Assembly: GCA_040751795.1 (NCBI GenBank)
Contig: JBFMHR010000001.1
Coordinates: 160,001 to 224,000, forward strand
Source of the DNA: Thermoplasmatota archaeon
GTDB taxonomy: Archaea > Thermoplasmatota > Thermoplasmata > UBA10834
Length of the DNA stretch: 64,000 nucleotides
Direction of reading: 5' to 3'
The notes beneath the pieces are model-generated. The model saw only the letters and a program-made list of their open reading frames with translations. It was not told the origin of the DNA and searched no databases. The first letter of the stretch is position 1. Each line of letters begins with the position of its first letter. A program made the translations under genes and the position numbers. Positions 54,137 to 64,000 of this stretch are shown here, piece after piece.

Positions 54137-55357
54137 ATGGCCAAAGGGGACGCGCGCATCAGGAGGTTCTACTTCTTCAGGGCGCTCACGTCGTTCTCGC
54201 TATGGATCCCCTTCTGGACGCTCTGGGTCTACAAGAACCTGGAGAGCCTCTTCCTCCTCACCGCCGTCGACGCCGCGTTCTGGGCGACGATGGTCCTGGT
54301 GCAGGTCCCGGCGGGCCTCCTGGGAGACAAGTACGGGAGGAAGGTCGTCCTGTTCGTCGGCGAGGCGCTCTTCGCGGTCGGGGTGCTCACGTTCGGCCTC
54401 AGCACCGAGTTCTGGGAGTACTTCGTGTCGAACATCATATGGGCCCTCGGGGCGTGCTTCATAGTGAGCGGCGACACGCCCTTCGTCTACGACACCCTCC
54501 TCGAGCTGGACAGGGGAAGGGACTTCACCAAGGTGATGGGCACCGCGAACGCGGTCATGTTCCTGATGAACGCCGTGGCCTGCATCACCGGAGGGATAAT
54601 CGTCACCGCCACTGGCAGGGTCGAGCTCACCCTCATAATCGCATCGCTGATAGGCCTCACCGGCTCCTTCACCATCGCGTTCCTCAGGGAGCCGAGGGTC
54701 CCCCGCACATTCATGAAATCCTACAGGCAGCAGCTGGGGACGGGGGTCAAGCAGGTCGTCAAGTCGAGGGCCATCATGATCCTCATACTCTTCCAGATAG
54801 TGCTGCAGCTCGGAACCTATGTGATGGCTGTCTTCAGGTCCGTGTACATGAACGACGTCCTCCGGCTCGACTACCTCGAGGTCGGCCTGTTCTTCGGCGC
54901 CTTCGCCATCGTCGGGGGGATAGTCACGCTGAGGGCCAGTCGCATAGAGGCGCTCCTGAAGGAGAAGGGCTCGCTCCTCTTCATGCTGGTGGCCCTGGTC
55001 TCCTCGTTCGCCGTGGTGTTCCTGGTCCGCTCGCCTGCCGCCGTGCTGACCCAGTTCCTGGTCTACATGGTCGTCGGGCTGCAGTCCCCCGTCATCAACG
55101 GCTACATCCACCGGCTGGTCGACTCCTCGCACAGGTCCACGATCATCGCCATAGCGAGCATGCTCTTCACCCTCCTCGTCGTGGTCGTCGAGATAGGCAC
55201 GGGGTGGATAGCCGAGCTCTGGGGCCTGGAGGAGAGCGTGCTCGTGCTCGCGTGCTGCGTCGCCCCGATAGGGGCCGTGCTGCTGATACTCTGGAACAGG
55301 GAGGTCGACAAGTTCTCGAGGTCGGGCGCGGCAGGGCCCTCGGACGTGCCTCATTGA
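54137..55357 (+). CDS. MFS transporter
   Basis: About 12 TM helices; motif A-like 'PAGLLGDKYGRK'; 'SGDTPFVYDTL'. Confidence 0.88.
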   Translation: MAKGDARIRRFYFFRALTSFSLWIPFWTLWVYKNLESLFLLTAVDAAFWATMVLVQVPAGLLGDKYGRKVVLFVGEALFAVGVLTFGLSTEFWEYFVSNIIWALGACFIVSGDTPFVYDTLLELDRGRDFTKVMGTANAVMFLMNAVACITGGIIVTATGRVELTLIIASLIGLTGSFTIAFLREPRVPRTFMKSYRQQLGTGVKQVVKSRAIMILILFQIVLQLGTYVMAVFRSVYMNDVLRLDYLEVGLFFGAFAIVGGIVTLRASRIEALLKEKGSLLFMLVALVSSFAVVFLVRSPAAVLTQFLVYMVVGLQSPVINGYIHRLVDSSHRSTIIAIASMLFTLLVVVVEIGTGWIAELWGLEESVLVLACCVAPIGAVLLILWNREVDKFSRSGAAGPSDVPH

Positions 55358-55536
55358 GGGCCGCGGCCCGCGGAGAGCGACGTGCCCCGGCGATGAGGGG
55401 CAGAAAAAAGGGGGGGAGGATAACTACGCTCTGGAAAGGCTCCTCGCCTAATAAATGTTATCATTATCGATACTGAGAATCCTTTTCGTAAAGCGCGGGG
55501 GCATGCCGACGTCCATTGTGTCCAGGGACCGGGCCC

Positions 55537-57969
55537 CTACCTTCCCAGCTGCCTCTCCTTCTCGGCGACTATCAGCCTTGTCTTGATGACCGTGTCGGGG
55601 TTGAGGGAGATGCTATCTATGCCGCACTCGACCAGGAACTCTGCGAACTCGGGGTAGTCGGAGGGCGCCTGACCGCAGATGCCTATCTTCTTCCCCTTGG
55701 CCTTCACCGTCTTTATGACGCTAGCGATCATCCTCTTCACCGCCGGGCTGCGCTCGTCGTAGAGGCGCGACACCAGCTCCGAGTCCCTGTCGAGGCCGAG
55801 CATGAGCTGCGTCAGGTCGTTGGAGCCTATGGAGAAGCCGTCGAACACCTCGGCGAACTCCTCGGCCAGGACCACGTTGCTGGGTATCTCGCACATGACG
55901 TATATCTCCAGGTCGGCCTTGCCCTGCTCTAGGCCGAACTCCGCCATGGTCTTGACGACCCTCCGGCCCTCCTCCGGCGTCCTGCAGAACGGGATCATCA
56001 CCTTGACGTTGCCGAGGCCCTTCTCCTCCCTGACCCGCTTGATGGCCCTGCACTCGAGGCCGAACGCGGGCCTGAACTTGGGGTCGTAGTACCTGGATGC
56101 GCCGCGCCACCCGATCATCGGGTTGGACTCCGTCGGTTCGTAGAGCCAGCCGCCCGTGAGGCCGGCGTACTCGTTCGTCTTGAAGTCGCTCATCCGGACT
56201 ATGACGTCCCTCGGGTGGAAGGTCGCCGCGATCTTGCCTATCCCCCACGCGAGCTTGTCGACGTAGTACTCGTCCTTGCGGTCGTAGCCCTGGGTCTTCT
56301 CGTCGATGTCGTCCACGAGCTTGGCTATCTTCGGGTCCCCGGCCGCCCTCTGCCTCAGGCCGTCGTGCTCGAGCAGCGCGAGCGGGTGCACGCCCACGTG
56401 CGACATGATGATGAACTCCAGCCTGGCGAGGCCGACGCCGTCGCAGGGTATCTGCCCCTGGTTGAACACCTGCTCGGGGACCCCGACGTTCATCATTATC
56501 TTCGTCCTGGTCTTCGGCATCGACTCGAGGTTGGTCTTCTCGATCCTGAACTTCAGCTCCCCGTCGAACACTCGACCCTCTCCCTCCGACGTGTCAACTG
56601 TGACCGGCTGGCCGTCCCTGAGGAGCCTGGTGCCGTTGCCCGTCCCGATGATGCACGGGATGCCCAGCTCCCTGGAGACTATGGCCGCGTGGCAGGTCCT
56701 GCCGCCCCTGTCCGTGACTATGGCGGAGGCGATCCTCATGATCGGCTCCCAGTCCGGGTCCGTCTTGTCGGTGACCAGGACCTCGCCCTTCCTGAACTCG
56801 GATATCTCGAAGGCGCTCTCGAGGACGTTGACCTTGCCCCTGCCGATCTTGGACCCCACCGGGTCGCCCCTGACCAGCACCGAGGACTGCTCCTCAAGCA
56901 CGTACGTCTCGAGGACGTTCCCCTTCTTGGCCGCGTGCACGGTCTCAGGCCTGGCCTGGACGATGTAGAGCTTCCCCGTGAGGCCGTCCTTCGCCCACTC
57001 GATGTCCATGGGCTTGCCGTAGTGCCTCTCGATGATGCACGCCCACTCGGCCAGCTCCACGATCTCCGGGTCGGCGAGGACGAAGCGCAGCCTGTCTACC
57101 TCGGGGACCTCGGCGTCCACCATGCCCCCCTTCGGGGCGTAGACGAGCTTGTGCTGCTTGCTGCCCAGCTTCTTCTCGATTATCGGGTCCCTGAACTTGC
57201 CCAGCGACGGCTTGAAGACATAGAACTGGTCCGGGTTGACGGCGCCCTGGACGATCATCTCGCCGAGGCCCCACGAGCCGGTGATGTAGACCACGTTCGA
57301 GAACCCGCTCTCGGTGTCCAGTGTGAACATGACGCCCGAGCAGGCGAGGTCGCTCCTGACCATTCGCTGGACGCCCACGGAGAGGGCGTTGCCGAGCTGG
57401 CCGAAGCCCTTGTGGGCCCTGTACGCGATGGCGCGGTCGGTGAACAGGCTGGCGAAGCACTGCTTGATCGCCCTGATGACGTTGGTCTCGCCGCGGACGT
57501 TGAGGATGGTCTCGTGCTGCCCCGCGAACGACGCGCCGTCCAGGTCCTCGGATGTGGCGCTCGACCTTATGGCCACGCTGGGGTTCTCGATGCCGAGCCG
57601 CCTGCCCAGCTCCCAGTATCCGTACTCGATCTCGCGCCTCAGCTCGTCGGAGAACTCCGCGTCCAGGAATGCCCTCCGGACCGCCTTGCCCCTCGGGCCG
57701 ACGTCGGACGGGTCGTCCGGGTCCATGCCCTCGATTATCGACTTGACCTTCTCCTCGAGCCGGCCCGCCTCGACGAACTCCCTGAAGGCCTTGGTCGTGA
57801 CGGCGAAGCCCTCCGGGACCCTTATGCCGTTGGAGGTGAGGTGCCTGAGCATCTCGCCCAGGGAGGCGTTCTTCCCGCCGACCCTGTCGATGTCCTTGAG
57901 GCCTATCTGGTCGAACCATAGCAGGTGCTCGTTGGTGCGTTTACCCGTGGTGCTGGCCCCCTTTGGCAT
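55537..57969 (-). CDS. ppsA: Phosphoenolpyruvate synthase
   Basis: VGGKNASLGEM, RSSATSED, SFAGQ, DIEWA, QARPETVH, GGRTCHAAIVSRE, GFSIGSNDLTQ, GICGQAPSD. Confidence 0.96.
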   Translation of the reverse strand: MPKGASTTGKRTNEHLLWFDQIGLKDIDRVGGKNASLGEMLRHLTSNGIRVPEGFAVTTKAFREFVEAGRLEEKVKSIIEGMDPDDPSDVGPRGKAVRRAFLDAEFSDELRREIEYGYWELGRRLGIENPSVAIRSSATSEDLDGASFAGQHETILNVRGETNVIRAIKQCFASLFTDRAIAYRAHKGFGQLGNALSVGVQRMVRSDLACSGVMFTLDTESGFSNVVYITGSWGLGEMIVQGAVNPDQFYVFKPSLGKFRDPIIEKKLGSKQHKLVYAPKGGMVDAEVPEVDRLRFVLADPEIVELAEWACIIERHYGKPMDIEWAKDGLTGKLYIVQARPETVHAAKKGNVLETYVLEEQSSVLVRGDPVGSKIGRGKVNVLESAFEISEFRKGEVLVTDKTDPDWEPIMRIASAIVTDRGGRTCHAAIVSRELGIPCIIGTGNGTRLLRDGQPVTVDTSEGEGRVFDGELKFRIEKTNLESMPKTRTKIMMNVGVPEQVFNQGQIPCDGVGLARLEFIIMSHVGVHPLALLEHDGLRQRAAGDPKIAKLVDDIDEKTQGYDRKDEYYVDKLAWGIGKIAATFHPRDVIVRMSDFKTNEYAGLTGGWLYEPTESNPMIGWRGASRYYDPKFRPAFGLECRAIKRVREEKGLGNVKVMIPFCRTPEEGRRVVKTMAEFGLEQGKADLEIYVMCEIPSNVVLAEEFAEVFDGFSIGSNDLTQLMLGLDRDSELVSRLYDERSPAVKRMIASVIKTVKAKGKKIGICGQAPSDYPEFAEFLVECGIDSISLNPDTVIKTRLIVAEKERQLGR

Positions 57970-58269
57970 CACTCGCCCCGCCCGAAGCAGATTCCCGCTG
58001 GACTCTCTGTCTCCGCGTTCAGCCCGCACGGATGCGGACGTCCTCTCGCGCAGCCAACGCCGTGCGCCGACGAGGCCATACACGCGGCGCCAGTAATGCA
58101 GACCGGCTGGCTGCGCTACCGGGATAAATGTCGCCGGGTTAATAACATTTGGTAGTTACCGTCCCGCACTGGAAGCGGCTGGACGAAAGTCGGAGCGGCG
58201 GGGCGGGCACGTCCGGATTTGTGCAGTGCCGGGGCCGGGCAAATGAGTTATGCAACCTCTGCGTTCACA

Positions 58270-59394
58270 ATGACGGTCCCTTTGAAGGTCGCGATGCTCA
58301 CGTACAGCACGAGGGCGCGGGGAGGGGTTGCGCACGCGCTCAAGCTGGCCGAGAGGCTGCAGCGGAGGGGCGCGGATGTCCACCTCTACTCCCTCGCGAG
58401 GGCGGACGACGGCGTCGCGGCCAGCGGCTACTTCAGGCCGGTCGACGTCCCCTTCACCGTATTCAGGTACGAGTGGCACCCCGACGTCATGGTCCGCCTC
58501 GACCGGATGGTCCAGGCGTACGCCGCCGGCCTGCCGGGGGACGCTGACGTCTACCACGCGCAGGACTGCGTCGGCGGGACCGCCCTCGCGGCGATGAAGG
58601 GCGCTGGCACCATCGCCTCCCCGGTTTTCAGGACCGTCCACCACGTAGACGACTTCGCCGAGCCGAGGCTTTTCGACTTCGAGAAGCGCGCGGTCGCCCA
58701 CGCGGACCGCAGGTTCGTGGTCTCGGAGCACTGGAGGCGCGCCCTGGCCGAGGACTACGGCTTCGACTCCGTCGTCACCTACAACGGGATGGACGCGGAG
58801 GAGTTCGCGCGTCTCCCTCCGAGGGCCTGCGCTTCCCCGACCGTCCTGTTCGTCGGCGGCCTCGAGGCGAGGAAGGGGCTCGAGTACCTCGTCCTCGCCA
58901 TGGGCCAGGTCGTCAGGGAGCACCCGGCCGCGAGGCTCGTGGCCGTGGCGAAGACGGGCTTCCGGGGCGTCGACGAGCCGGGGTGGTTCAAGGTGCTGGC
59001 CGAGCGCGCGGGGGTGGCTGGCAGCCTCACGTTGCACGAGTCCGTGGGGAACGAGGAGCTGCTGCAGCTCTATGCGGACTGCGACCTGCTGGTGCTCCCG
59101 TCCAGGAACGAGGGGTGGGGGCTCTCCCTGATGGAGGCGATGGCGTGCTCGAAACCCGTGGTCGCCACCCGCGTGGGCGGCATACCCGAGCTGGTCAGCG
59201 ACGGCGTCGAGGGGCTACTCGTGGAGCCCGGCGACGTGAGGGGGCTCGGCGAGGCGATGTGCAGGCTGCTCGGGGACCAGGCCGCCCGGGACCGCATGGG
59301 CCGCGCCGGCCTGAGGAGGGTCCAGGCGTTCTCCTGGGACGCGACGGCCGAGACGGTCATGCGCGAGTACGCGCGCGCCCTTCAGCCGGAGTGA
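58270..59394 (+). CDS. Family 4 glycosyltransferase (MSMEG_0565-like)
   Basis: N-terminal LTYSTRARGGVAH, HAQDC, RTVHHVDDF; C-terminal GGLEARKG, PSRNEGWGLSLMEAMA. Confidence 0.85.
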   Translation: MTVPLKVAMLTYSTRARGGVAHALKLAERLQRRGADVHLYSLARADDGVAASGYFRPVDVPFTVFRYEWHPDVMVRLDRMVQAYAAGLPGDADVYHAQDCVGGTALAAMKGAGTIASPVFRTVHHVDDFAEPRLFDFEKRAVAHADRRFVVSEHWRRALAEDYGFDSVVTYNGMDAEEFARLPPRACASPTVLFVGGLEARKGLEYLVLAMGQVVREHPAARLVAVAKTGFRGVDEPGWFKVLAERAGVAGSLTLHESVGNEELLQLYADCDLLVLPSRNEGWGLSLMEAMACSKPVVATRVGGIPELVSDGVEGLLVEPGDVRGLGEAMCRLLGDQAARDRMGRAGLRRVQAFSWDATAETVMREYARALQPE

Positions 59395-60824
59395 CCGAAC
59401 CCGTCCATGAAGTGGATCATGAACTTCTCGGCCTCCGCCAGGCCGGCGACCTTCCTGTTCCCCTGGAGCACCATGTACTCGTTCGGACTGTGCGCGAGGC
59501 TGCTGTGGCCCAGGCACCCCATCGTGAAGGGCAGGCCGAGCACCTTGTTGAACACGTAGAACGGGACCGCCCCGCCGCTCGTCGGCCAGACGTCCGGGTC
59601 GTGCCCGAAGGCCCGGTAGGAGGCGAGCATCGACTGCACTACCGGCTCCTTCACGCTGGCCCTGCAGCAGTCGTACCCGGTGTCGATCTCCCTCATCTCG
59701 ATGTCGCCGTAGCCGTGGCTGTCCAGGTGCTTCCTCACCAGCGGCATCATCTCGTCCTTCTCCTGGTCCGGCACCAGGCGGATGTCGATCTTGCACGTGG
59801 CCTCGTGCGGGAGGACCGTCTTGGAGCCCTTCTCGGTGTACCCGCCCCAGATGCCGTCGATGTTCAGGGTCGTCCCGAACACGAAGCGCTTTATCAGCGC
59901 CTCCGGGTCGTCCTCGGGCAGGGTGAACCTCTTGACCTTCATGACCGCCTTGTACGCCTTCGGGTCGAACCTCTCCGCGAGCCTCGCGATGAGCTCCTCG
60001 TCCTCCTCCGAGGGCGGTGCGACCTTGTCGTAGAACCCGTCGACCTTGACCCTGTTGCCGTTGTCCTCCGTCATCGTGCCGAGCGCGTCTATGAGCCGCC
60101 ACACGGGGCTGTCCACCCACGCCTTCTGGCCGCTGTGGATCGCGAACTCCTGCGGGCCCCTGCCCCACGCCTTGCCCGACGCCTTCAGCTCGAAGTACAC
60201 GACGCCCTTCACGCCGAGGCAGAAGTGGGCCTGCCCGTCGGCCTCCTGGCTGAAGTAGGGGAAGTAGCAGGCGTCTGCCCTGGACAGGCGCCTCTTGTCC
60301 TTCCTGACGTATGGCGGAAGGTTCGGGCTACCCAGCTCCTCCTCGCCCTCGGCAACGAGCAGGAGGTTCACCGGCGGCCTCCCGGCGCTCCTGTTGCACG
60401 CGTCGACCGAGTTCAGGAAGGCCGCGAGCGGGCCCTTGGTGTTGTCCGCGCCGCGGTTCACGATCGCCTTGACCTTGCCCGCTGGCAGCTGCTTGTCCAC
60501 CACCTTCGCGCCCATGGCCGGGTGGTCCCAGCCCGGCTCGTTGAACGGCATCGTGTCGTACATGAAGTAGCCGAGGAGCGTCCTGTCGGAGTCGCCCTTG
60601 CACTCGCCGTAGACGACGGGGTTCCCCTTCGTCCTGACGACCTCCACCTTCTCGCAGCCGACCTCCTCGTACAGCTTGGCGACGAGCTCGGCGCACTCCT
60701 GGATGCCTATGTCCTGCTGGCTGGAGCTCGGCTGCCTCAGCAGCCTCCTGACCCTCGACACGTGCCTCGGCATGTCCTTGTCGACCCGGGAGAACTCCTC
60801 CCTCAGAGACCCGTCGGCGCCCAT
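59382..60824 (-). CDS. M20/M25/M40 family metallopeptidase
   Basis: GNPVVYG, MYDTMP, RGADNTKG, EGEEELGS, IHSG, AHSPNE. Confidence 0.85.
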   Translation of the reverse strand: MGADGSLREEFSRVDKDMPRHVSRVRRLLRQPSSSQQDIGIQECAELVAKLYEEVGCEKVEVVRTKGNPVVYGECKGDSDRTLLGYFMYDTMPFNEPGWDHPAMGAKVVDKQLPAGKVKAIVNRGADNTKGPLAAFLNSVDACNRSAGRPPVNLLLVAEGEEELGSPNLPPYVRKDKRRLSRADACYFPYFSQEADGQAHFCLGVKGVVYFELKASGKAWGRGPQEFAIHSGQKAWVDSPVWRLIDALGTMTEDNGNRVKVDGFYDKVAPPSEEDEELIARLAERFDPKAYKAVMKVKRFTLPEDDPEALIKRFVFGTTLNIDGIWGGYTEKGSKTVLPHEATCKIDIRLVPDQEKDEMMPLVRKHLDSHGYGDIEMREIDTGYDCCRASVKEPVVQSMLASYRAFGHDPDVWPTSGGAVPFYVFNKVLGLPFTMGCLGHSSLAHSPNEYMVLQGNRKVAGLAEAEKFMIHFMDGFGHSG

Positions 60825-60913
60825 GTTATCGCCCGCGTCATCCTCCAGCGGCACTATATGTTTTGCCCACGCGGGCAAAGCCAACAAATACATGCAACGC
60901 ATGCGAGCACTCG

Positions 60914-61537
60914 ATGGCGTTCGAGTTCCTCGTCGTGTTCATCCCGATGTTCATTGTCATAGACCCGTTCGGGGTCATGCCGATCTACCTCGTCCTCACG
61001 AGGACCATGGCGCCCCCCGAGAGGTCGAAGACGCTCAGGTACGCCATAACCTTCGGCGCGTGCCTGCTCGTGGCCTTCGCGCTGCTCGGGAAGGCCATCC
61101 TCGACTACCTGTCCGTGTCCATAGACGCCCTGCGCATCGCGGGAGGGCTCCTCCTCCTGGTCATCGGCGTGGTCATGCTCTACGAGGGCGACACCCCGAG
61201 GTCCAGGCGGAAGGGGGCGGAGGAGCCGGACGAGGAGCCCCACACCCCGGAGGACGTCGCCTTCGTGCCCCTGGGGACGCCCATGCTCGCCGGGCCAGGG
61301 GCGATATCCGTGGTCATAGCCCTCACCGGGACCTCGGACATGTACATGGTCCTCCTCTCCCTCGCGACCGTCATGGCCATTACCGCGCTGATGCTGTGGA
61401 AGGTGGACCTCGTCTTCAAGGTCATCGGGAACGCGGGCACCAGGGCCCTCACGAGGGTCATGGGCCTGATAACCTCCGCCTACGCGGTCCAGATGATACT
61501 GGACGGCATAGCCGGGTACGTCGCCTCGATAGCGTGA
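60914..61537 (+). CDS. MarC family membrane protein
   Basis: IDPFG, LRIAGGLLL, VPLGTPMLAGPGAI, TRVMGLI. Confidence 0.9.
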   Translation: MAFEFLVVFIPMFIVIDPFGVMPIYLVLTRTMAPPERSKTLRYAITFGACLLVAFALLGKAILDYLSVSIDALRIAGGLLLLVIGVVMLYEGDTPRSRRKGAEEPDEEPHTPEDVAFVPLGTPMLAGPGAISVVIALTGTSDMYMVLLSLATVMAITALMLWKVDLVFKVIGNAGTRALTRVMGLITSAYAVQMILDGIAGYVASIA

Positions 61538-61568
61538 GACCCCTCCAGGGAGAGGCGCGCTCACGTCC

Positions 61569-62480
61569 TCATGTGTGGCTCACCGCGGGGGGCTCCCCCT
61601 GATGGCCGGTCGATGCGACGAGGTACACCGCGGCGAGGATCAGCGCGGCGCCCACGATGGCCAGCTGTTCGAGCGTCTCCTCCAGGAGGAATATCGATAT
61701 GGCGAGGGCCGTGACTATCTCGACGAGCATTATCGTCGCCGACGCGGTCGCGGACACGCCCTCGAGGCCCATGGCCCAGAGGAGCGTCGCGGTGGATGTG
61801 CACGCGATGGCCAGGTAGGCTATCGCCACCCACGCCATCGGCTCGAGCGAGAAGTCAGCGCCAGTCGCGCCCAGGTATGACACCGGCCCCATGAGCCACA
61901 CCGTCGCGGTCACGATCGCGGCCGTGCTTATCTCGACGGCGGAGTACCTCGAGAGGAGGGTCTTGTTCAGGACGATGAAGAAGGCCCATCCCCAGCCCGA
62001 CATGTAGACGACCGCGTCGCCGAGGAACTCCTCCTCGGCGAAGGAGAAGCCTCCGTCCACCGTCAGCATGACGACGCCCGCGATGCCCGCCAAGACCCCT
62101 GCGAGCTGCACCCTGTTCAGCCGCTCCCTGAACACGAAGTACGACACGATGGCGACGGCGATGACGTTGATGTCCACGAGGAGCGCGGTCTTGGAGGCGG
62201 TGGTCATCGTCTGGCCTACGTACTGCGCCACGAAGGAGCCCGCGTTCAGCCCCCCGACGACCCAGAGGAGCGGGTCCTTCAGGACCCTGAAGTGGAACCT
62301 CTTCAGGAGGAGGACGATGGCGAGCGTCGCCGCCGAGGCGACGATGAACCTCAGCCAGAGGAAGTAGACGTCGTTCCCGGCGTAGCCGAGGCCCCACTTG
62401 ACCCCGGGGAACGACGTGCCCCATATGAGGCTCGCGAACACCGTGAGCGTTATGGCGTTGCGCTTGTCCCTCGGAGGCAT
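61569..62480 (-). CDS. DMT/EamA family transporter
   Basis: IWGTSF, LRF, two EamA repeats, FRERL, LEE. Confidence 0.88.
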   Translation of the reverse strand: MPPRDKRNAITLTVFASLIWGTSFPGVKWGLGYAGNDVYFLWLRFIVASAATLAIVLLLKRFHFRVLKDPLLWVVGGLNAGSFVAQYVGQTMTTASKTALLVDINVIAVAIVSYFVFRERLNRVQLAGVLAGIAGVVMLTVDGGFSFAEEEFLGDAVVYMSGWGWAFFIVLNKTLLSRYSAVEISTAAIVTATVWLMGPVSYLGATGADFSLEPMAWVAIAYLAIACTSTATLLWAMGLEGVSATASATIMLVEIVTALAISIFLLEETLEQLAIVGAALILAAVYLVASTGHQGEPPAVSHT

Positions 62481-62522
62481 GCACGTCGGAGATTGTGGGC
62501 GGGTATTAGAACCCTCCCCCGC

Positions 62523-64000
62523 CTACTTCGACTGCTCCTTGGGCAGGTCCACGTGGAACACGCTGCCCTTGCCGACCTGGCTCTCGACCCACAGCCTCCC
62601 GCCGTGCGACTCGACGATGCCCTTGGCTATGGGCAGGCTGAGGCCTATCCTGTCGACCTGGTGGGCGAGGTCGTCCTTGGCCACGATGTAGAACCTGTCG
62701 AATATGCGCCCGAGGTTCTCGAGGGGGATGCCTATCCCGTTGTCCTTGACCCATGCGTGGACTATCCTCCCCTCGTCCCTGCAGCCCACCTGGATCCTCC
62801 CGCCCTCCTCGGTGTACTTGATGGCGTTGTCGATCAGGTTGTTGAAGACGTCGCGCATCCTCCGGCGGTCGGCCATGACCACGGGGATGGCGCCGTCGAC
62901 CGAGAGGGACATGGACTGCTTCTTCTCCTCGGCGTCCTTCGCCCTGTCGCCCACCACGTCCTCGAGTATGGCGTCGACCCTGACCGGCTCCGGATGGATC
63001 TCGAGCGTGCCCTTCTCGAGCCTGCTGATGTCCAGCATGCTCTCCACCAGGGCGTACAGCTTGTCGGTGTTGGCCTTGATGATCTTGAGCCTCTGGGCGA
63101 ACCTCTGGTCGAGCTTCGGGCCGTACTCGCCCTCGACCAGGTCCACGTACCCCCTCATCACCGTGAGGGGCGTCCTGAGTTCGTGGGAGACCACGTCGAT
63201 GAACTGGGTCTTCATCTTCGTGACCCGTTCCAGCTCCTGGTAGGTCTGGGTGAGCTTCTCATAGGACCTCTCGAGCTGGCTCTCCAGGCGGACCTTGGAG
63301 GTCGTGTCCATCGCGACGAGGACCACGTCCTCGACCTCCCCGCGCTCCGACAGCAGGGGCGCCACCTTGACGTGCAGGTAGAACGCCTTGTCCTGCCGGG
63401 GGACGTAGTGGAGGTCCACCTTCTCGGCCGGGTGGCCCTCCATGCCCTGTATCACCAGGGCGTCAAGGCCCGACCTGTGCACGGCGGGAATCTCGAAGAT
63501 GCTCGTCCCGACGAGGTCCCCCTCAGCCTTCCTCTCGAAGACCTTGAGCATCTGCATGTTGACCGACTGGATGATGCCCTTCGGGTCGAGGGACATGATG
63601 CCTATGGGGGCGATGGAGAGGATCCTGTGGTTCTCCTCCTCGCTGCGGCGGACCATCGACTCGGAGCGGGCGCTGTCGACCGCCATCCCCATGTAGTCCG
63701 CGAGGGACATCGCCGCGCTCTCTGCGTCCGCATCGAAGGCGGGCCGCCCATCCTTGTTGGCGAGCACGAGGTACCCGAGGACCTTGCCCCTGAACACGAC
63801 GGAGATCACCATCGCGCTCGACGCCCCGTACTTCTCCATGATCTGCCTGGCGGCCGGCGGCGCCTTGTCGAGCGACTCCCAGACCAGGGCGTTGGACCTG
63901 GACCCCTCCGCCATCATCGAGCGCATGGATATGTCGGGGACGTACGCGCCGAAGTCGGCGGGCGACACCTCCCTGACGCCCGATGCCCCGACGAGCCTCA
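62523..64000 (-). CDS. GAF/PAS sensor histidine kinase (5' end outside the window)
   Basis: GAF, PAS, H-box VSHELRTPLT, N-box NLIDNAIKY, G1 DNGIGI, F-box IFDRFY; the frame is open to the window edge. Confidence 0.9.
   Translation of the reverse strand, partial: RLVGASGVREVSPADFGAYVPDISMRSMMAEGSRSNALVWESLDKAPPAARQIMEKYGASSAMVISVVFRGKVLGYLVLANKDGRPAFDADAESAAMSLADYMGMAVDSARSESMVRRSEEENHRILSIAPIGIMSLDPKGIIQSVNMQMLKVFERKAEGDLVGTSIFEIPAVHRSGLDALVIQGMEGHPAEKVDLHYVPRQDKAFYLHVKVAPLLSERGEVEDVVLVAMDTTSKVRLESQLERSYEKLTQTYQELERVTKMKTQFIDVVSHELRTPLTVMRGYVDLVEGEYGPKLDQRFAQRLKIIKANTDKLYALVESMLDISRLEKGTLEIHPEPVRVDAILEDVVGDRAKDAEEKKQSMSLSVDGAIPVVMADRRRMRDVFNNLIDNAIKYTEEGGRIQVGCRDEGRIVHAWVKDNGIGIPLENLGRIFDRFYIVAKDDLAHQVDRIGLSLPIAKGIVESHGGRLWVESQVGKGSVFHVDLPKEQSK

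Noticed and set aside
1-64000. CRISPR array or cas operon to accompany the CARF genes
   Set aside because: No regularly spaced direct repeats and no Cas-like ORFs were seen anywhere in the window.

Overview
GC-rich archaeal chromosomal window, most consistent with a Thermoplasmatota genome related to the Methanomassiliicoccales. The archaeal call rests on intron-containing tRNAs, eIF2-gamma, S6e/S28e/L24e/L7Ae, GINS, pantoate kinase and CTP-dependent riboflavin kinase; the finer lineage is inference. The window holds about 60 CDSs and two intron-containing tRNAs (Gly-TCC, Lys-CTT). Housekeeping blocks include the rpl7ae-rps28e-rpl24e-ndk-infB-rps6e-eif2g-PIN-ribK superoperon, purSLQ, tmk-coaBC-pantoate kinase and prs-proS. 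There is a strong peptide/amino-acid catabolic signature: a surface-anchored papain-family protease with PEF-CTERM, tdh-kbl, gcvPA/PB, tungsten-type AOR with Fe-S partners and a class III aminotransferase, and an M20 peptidase. The most interesting parts are: (1) a tandem pair of CARF-wHTH (Csa3-like) regulators with repeated GATAC/GTATC operator-like palindromes, next to a HAD phosphatase and a beta-CASP nuclease, with no CRISPR array or cas genes in the window; (2) a compositionally atypical ~800-bp islet after tRNA-Gly, dense in palindromes; (3) tandem saccharopine-dehydrogenase-family paralogs with apparently opposite NAD/NADP fingerprints and a structured leader, next to an ASKHA/RACo corrinoid activator; (4) a 1492-aa TPR protein ending in a B-box-like zinc finger. 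No CRISPR array, rRNA or intact transposase was seen. All family assignments come from motif recognition by eye, not database searches, and several start codons were adjusted from the ORF track.
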